In this document: one piece after another, positions 61,301-64,000 of the stretch | How positions within the stretch are numbered: the first letter of the stretch is position 1 | How the letters are laid out: each line of letters opens with the position of its first letter | Origin: an uncultured delta proteobacterium | Lineage (GTDB): Bacteria; Desulfobacterota; Binatia; UBA9968 | Length of the DNA stretch: 64,000 nt | Direction: 5' to 3' | Assembly (NCBI GenBank): GCA_963840855.1 | Contig: CAWJBB010000085.1 | Span: 101,365 to 165,364 of the forward strand | Translations under genes and position numbers: made by a program | Notes under the pieces: model-generated | Database searches by the model: none | The model's input: only the letters and a program-made list of their open reading frames with translations | Told to the model about the DNA's origin: nothing

Positions 61301-61977
61301 CTGAGTTCAGCGTTGGCGGAATCATCCTGAGGATCATTATCAATATTATCACCCGGGCCGTAACGTCCCCTTTTGCTCTGCTTGGCGCCGCTTTCGGCGG
61401 GGGAAGTGGCGGGGAGTTGAGCTATATCGAATTCGATTACGGCCGCTCTAATCTGTCGCAGAGCGCGGAAGCCAAAATCAAATCGATCGCGACTGCGATG
61501 AACAACCGGCCTGCCCTCAAACTCGACATCAGCGGTCGCGTCGACCCCGCCAACGACCTTGAGGGTCTGAAGCAAACGTCGATCGAACGCAAGGTGAAAG
61601 CGCAAAAGATGAAAGATTTGGTGCGGCAAGGGGCCGCCCCTAAATCAGTGGACGATGTCCATGTCGACAAAGGTGAATACGAGCGTTACCTCAAGGCAGC
61701 CTATGGCGATGAGAGCTTTCCAAAACCGCGCAATGTCATCGGTCTTGCCAAAGACTTGCCGGTGGCTGAGATGGAGAGCCTGATGCTCAAACATGCGCAG
61801 GCCACCGACGACGATTTGCGCAATCTTGCCAACCGGCGCGCTCAAACGGTACAGGAGCGCTTACTCGCAAGCGGACAGGTCACCGGCGATCGCCTTTCCA
61901 TCGTGGGTGCAAAACCGGTTTCTTCGGAAGAAAAAGCTAAAGCCAAACTGAGCCGGGTTGATTTCTCGCTCCGCTAG
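58384..61977 (+). CDS. DUF748 domain protein
   Basis: RQVSIEQIRINPF, YNFTDL, SPYSVKYVGYGI, LPVLLAVALLKDRNGVIDVNLPISGSL. Confidence 0.9.
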   Translation: MANPIQTIRTRATALARAPRTRKIAIWVISIVVAIGILGALVAPYLLRGVLADQLTAKLHRQVSIEQIRINPFAMSVTVRGFLMKERQGSATAVSFDELYANLELQSLFRWGPVLNQIRLVKPYVNLIRNEDRTYNFTDLIDEFTKGPPGPTPRFALNNIQVLDGKIDFDDRPEQTKHTISAIKIGVPFVSSIPSHVEINVQPAFYALVNDAPVQIDGETKPFKDSRESTIQLDIDNLQIPKYLEYSPVELNFKVPSGQLDSKLTASFRTSKDKPAELSISGNVGIKELKLQEKSDAPLLNLPSFDVVIDAVEVFAQKASLKSVKVESPELHVTHNRDGTLNLTSLIAESKAEKAPEQKTNEKPFGYRVDEILVDQGKLFLTDRSPERPFEKRVENIHAGVKGLTNEADKKATTEISFQTDAKEQFNHTGMLQLTPLAAEGQIEVKSLQLKGLRPYYESVVGLEITEGLLDLTTHFAAGQKENKQLETKLSELNAALRTLRLDVPGDREPLWRAPLLEIKDTTVDVEKKSIVVGSFESRDGSGSIHRNPDGIFSYARLIKTQPGASEAKKPEKEDTAEWSVEIKRSALDRFRVTFEDRMLSPPARMTVAALSFRGENHSNAKNARARVRLQATINNKGRLRLAGGLGTRPVRGRLNVDAQGIAVVPFQPYLADQVNFSLTGGEVGSKGVLTIETGGDGALKVNYEGGVQVTDFASVEKDASQDLLKWKSLDLGGIQFALQPMQLRINEINLADFYSRMILGADGRLNLQKLAAQKTQASAPEETKEAKPPEPQAAAPSAEKQISIGKINLQAGNVYFSDFFVKPNYSANLTGVQGSISELKPEAPGDLAIQAKLDNAAPVDILGKINPLSKDLYLDIAADAREIELNPMSPYSVKYVGYGIERGELSFKVKYKVENRKLDAQNQIILDQLTFGEKVESPTATKLPVLLAVALLKDRNGVIDVNLPISGSLDSPEFSVGGIILRIIINIITRAVTSPFALLGAAFGGGSGGELSYIEFDYGRSNLSQSAEAKIKSIATAMNNRPALKLDISGRVDPANDLEGLKQTSIERKVKAQKMKDLVRQGAAPKSVDDVHVDKGEYERYLKAAYGDESFPKPRNVIGLAKDLPVAEMESLMLKHAQATDDDLRNLANRRAQTVQERLLASGQVTGDRLSIVGAKPVSSEEKAKAKLSRVDFSLR

Positions 61978-62052
61978 CCCCGGTTTATTCTCCTCCCCTT
62001 CATCCTCGCAGCAAGCTACGAGGTATTCGGCGAAGGAGAATGAACCGGGCTA
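61974..62052. repeat. Partial MITE copy (right end) inside a larger hairpin
   Basis: CCTTCATCCTCGCAGCAAGCTACGAGGTATTCGGCGAAGGAGAAT flanked by CCCGGTT / AACCGGG. Confidence 0.7.
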
Positions 62053-62124
62053 ATCGGCCCTGTCGCAATGTTGTGGTAGCCACTGTTCTGTTATAAGGTT
62101 TTTGAGCAGGCAGGAGGCAGGCTG

Positions 62125-62370
62125 ATGAGCGAGGCACGAAAATCTCCCAACCCCAAAGTTACGATCATCGCCAACAAAGGCGCGCACCAGACGATCAATT
62201 ATCTACTGGAAGACCGCGACGAGTTGGACTGGCTCGTGGCCATCGGCCGCAACAAAAAGGGAGATATTTTCTTCTACGACACCGGCGGCGACATCATCCA
62301 GGACCTCGGCGCCCTGGAATACATCAAGGAACGGATCCTGCGCGATTATTTTGGCGACACGGATGAATAA
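62125..62370 (+). CDS. Small acidic hypothetical protein
   Basis: AGGAGG RBS, 81 aa, protein-like codon usage. Confidence 0.75.
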   Translation: MSEARKSPNPKVTIIANKGAHQTINYLLEDRDELDWLVAIGRNKKGDIFFYDTGGDIIQDLGALEYIKERILRDYFGDTDE

Positions 62371-62456
62371 GCCCCACTGCGGCTCAACGCCTACGTGCCG
62401 TTCAAGGTTCAACGTTTAAAGGAATCCGGATCGAATCACATTCAACCTTGAACAGT

Positions 62457-63887
62457 TTAGTTTCCCGGTATCTTCGGTTTAATCCTCAATGGCGGCGCTC
62501 CCTGCGGGAGAAAATCTTCCAAGCGCACCGTTTCCCAACCCACCGGCCTGAGCCGCTCGAATTCATCGCGGCGCTTGGGATCGCACTCCGGCGGTTTGGT
62601 TGCGTCGATGATGACTTTGCCGCCGATGCGATGCCAACCGGGCGCGCCGGGATGACCGAACTCAGGGCATGATGGATCCATGGCGTGGATCTTGGCGCCG
62701 TTAATCACGATGATGTCCTCGGCGGGGTTTACGCGCGTGTTCAGCGCCCAGAGCACCTCGGCGTAATTAAAAATATCGACATCTTCGTCGACGGCAATGG
62801 CGACTTTGGGATGTTGATACTCGCTCGACAGCACCGCCATGAGCACATTTCTCGCCTCACCGTAGTAGCGCGGCTTCATCTGCACCACGACGCCGAAAAT
62901 TCCCGGCAGCACCAGCACGTTTTTCACATCCGCCAAACCGCCGACGGTCCGCGACCGGCGCAAGATTTGCGCCGACATCGGCACTTTGTGATAAACGCAA
63001 CCTTCAACCTCGGTACCATTCTGGACGTTTTTAAATATCGCGTCCTGTCGCATCGTAATGGCTTTGATATTGACAATCGGATTCATGCCGGAACCGGTGA
63101 GATAGTAATCTTGGAATTCGCTGAACGGTCCTTCCGGTTCCCTAACTTTCGGCGGGATTTCGCCTTCGAGAACAATCTCGGCCCAGGCCGGCACTTCCAG
63201 ATCGACGGTTCGGCATTTGACCAGCTCCACATCCTCCTTTAACAAGGCCGAAGCGATCTCGAGCTCGTCGACGCCGTACTGAGTCGTGGTCGCCGCGGCG
63301 AAGTAATACATGGGATGGTGCCCGATCATGATCGCCACGGGCATCGCTTTATCCTGCGCCTCATACATCTGATAGTTCGCCCAAGCGTGGCGGGGATAGA
63401 GCAGGATGCCGGTTTTCTTCGGCCCCTTCATTTGCAGGCGATGAAAGCTCAAGTTGCGCCGCCCGGTGTCGGGGTTTTTCGTTATCATCAAACCCGAACC
63501 GATGAACGGGCCGCCATCGCGAATTCCCGCCTGATGGATCGGCATCTTGGTGATATCGACTTCATCACCGACGATAACCGTTTGTTGAACCGGTCCGGCT
63601 TCTACCAAGCGCGTCCTACCGAGCTTCTCGGTGCGACGCACGAACTCCGGTATCATTTCGTCACGCGGTGTGCCGAACGCCACAGGCGCCAAAGACACGT
63701 CGCCCGGCGCCTGTCCCAGGCAGCGCCAACCCGGATAGCCCGGCAGATTTTCAAATAGCAGGCCGCGGTCGCGCGCCTGCCAAAGCAACGCGCCCATCTG
63801 GGTGCGCGGGTCGACCAGTTTGCTAATACGCGCCAGCAGTCCTGCTTCATCCAACTGGCTGATCCACGTGCGCATGTCTTGGGGCAT
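62457..63887 (-). CDS. UbiD-family (prFMN-dependent) decarboxylase
   Basis: DGGPFI, NLSFHRLQ, VPAWAEIVLEG, EGPFSEF, VDEDVDI, IDATKP. Confidence 0.93.
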   Translation of the reverse strand: MPQDMRTWISQLDEAGLLARISKLVDPRTQMGALLWQARDRGLLFENLPGYPGWRCLGQAPGDVSLAPVAFGTPRDEMIPEFVRRTEKLGRTRLVEAGPVQQTVIVGDEVDITKMPIHQAGIRDGGPFIGSGLMITKNPDTGRRNLSFHRLQMKGPKKTGILLYPRHAWANYQMYEAQDKAMPVAIMIGHHPMYYFAAATTTQYGVDELEIASALLKEDVELVKCRTVDLEVPAWAEIVLEGEIPPKVREPEGPFSEFQDYYLTGSGMNPIVNIKAITMRQDAIFKNVQNGTEVEGCVYHKVPMSAQILRRSRTVGGLADVKNVLVLPGIFGVVVQMKPRYYGEARNVLMAVLSSEYQHPKVAIAVDEDVDIFNYAEVLWALNTRVNPAEDIIVINGAKIHAMDPSCPEFGHPGAPGWHRIGGKVIIDATKPPECDPKRRDEFERLRPVGWETVRLEDFLPQGAPPLRIKPKIPGN

Positions 63888-64000
63888 TCGCGCATAATAG
63901 CGCCGCGCATATTTATTTTTCAAGCACTTATCCCACCTTACCCTTCACCAAAGACCGTCAATGTCTCTAAAATGTCTCTATGGCAGCGCCCGGGCGCCCT

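Noticed and set aside
1-64000. Integron integrase, rRNA, tRNA or cas genes
   Set aside because: No ORF with tyrosine-recombinase (RHS/H...Y) or Cas motifs and no tRNA/rRNA-like sequence was recognised by eye.

Overview
Bacterial DNA, GC-rich. The many ABC/TTT solute-binding proteins, the aromatic catabolism genes and the REP types resemble soil Binatota/Deltaproteobacteria-like genomes (taxonomy is inference). The left ~40 kb is an accessory mosaic. It is punctuated by a directly repeated ~70-bp imperfect palindrome (AGGATTGAAYTGAA...TTCAGTTCAATCCT) that sits at module boundaries. Three mutually homologous promoter/attI-like platforms each lie just behind one of these sites and lead into attC-bounded gene cassettes, although no integron integrase is present in the window. 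The longest array (34.4-39.5 kb) has seven ORFs, including a trypsin-like protease, a HEPN-motif ORF, a DUF2235/Tle1-like lipase and an AAC(6')-I. Also present are an intact IS21 splitting a solute-binding gene, two IS91/ISCR-like transposase remnants with an oriIS-like end and REP insertions, an ECF sigma/anti-sigma/subtilase unit and an aromatic ring-oxygenation cluster. The right part is mostly metabolic or housekeeping (AOR, TPP enzyme, murJ, amidohydrolase, DUF748, UbiD) and contains an IS110 element inserted into a REP hairpin. Many 1-bp frameshifts, even in murJ, suggest sequencing indels. All coordinates were read by eye.
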